A stretch of DNA of 64,000 nucleotides, from positions 2,021,168 to 2,085,167 of the forward strand of contig MU053482.1 in the NCBI GenBank assembly GCA_013239625.1, written 5' to 3'. The notes below the pieces were generated by a model. That model saw nothing but the letters and a program-made list of their open reading frames with translations. It made no database searches and was not told the origin of the DNA. The position numbers and the translations under genes are program-made. The stretch comes from Lama guanicoe (lineage: Eukaryota). Positions 63,701 through 64,000 of the stretch are shown in pieces; the first letter of the stretch is position 1; each line of letters opens with the position of its first letter.

Positions 63701-64000
63701 AGAGGCAGGCAGGGTGGTGTATAGCTGGCAATTGCTGGAAGTTAAGCAGAGCCAACCTACTCATGTTCTAGAAGAGTGCACTGAAATCTCCTTTGCATCA
63801 GCTGAAGCCACTCCATTCTTCCGTTTCTCAGCAGCATACCCAAGAAACCAAATTTCTCTTCTAGGACTACATTCCGTATCACAAGAATCCAGAGCTCCTT
63901 GTGTTTCCACTTTAGGACTTTGTCAATGGCCAAAGGATTTAACTGACTCCAAAATGGGGCCATTATGGGAATAAGTCAAAAGCAGGATTAGCTTAAATGC

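Noticed and set aside
63240..63974. Longest ORF in the track (244 aa)
   Set aside because: Non-ATG start, purine-rich, largely overlapping antisense L2-like text; no recognisable domain.
1..64000. Prokaryotic-type systems (CRISPR arrays, operons, defence islands)
   Set aside because: The sequence is mammalian; no regularly spaced repeat-spacer arrays or gene-dense segments are present.

Overview
AT-rich, repeat-dense mammalian DNA, most likely camelid (tRNA-Ala-derived Vic-1-type SINE at ~56.9-57.1 kb; no Alu, B1 or BovB seen). I find no intact protein-coding gene: the ORF-track entries are L1/L2 fragments, GC-rich CpG-island artefacts or chance ORFs. The main hidden structure is on the minus strand. 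A CpG-island promoter (~47.6-48.15 kb) carries a strong RFX X-box and a strong first-exon donor. Below it, about 12 exon-like blocks (45.2 kb down to ~20.1 kb), several with canonical and phase-compatible splice sites, translate through many stops and frameshifts into a collinear DUF4062 - NACHT (Walker A/B, helical/winged-helix, 'EELPW') - TPR protein of the TTC41/NPHP3/TEP1 type. This reads as an anciently disabled multi-exon (unitary-type) pseudogene whose promoter appears to have survived. Further down (~14.9-6.8 kb) is a weaker candidate second fossil gene for a secreted protein (signal peptide, EYS-N-terminus-like block, EGF-like remnant). The rest is layered L1, L2, MIR, MaLR/ERV LTR and hAT/Tigger relics, including a readable hAT transposase fossil. 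All protein similarities are by-eye comparisons to remembered family motifs and need HMM/tblastn confirmation.
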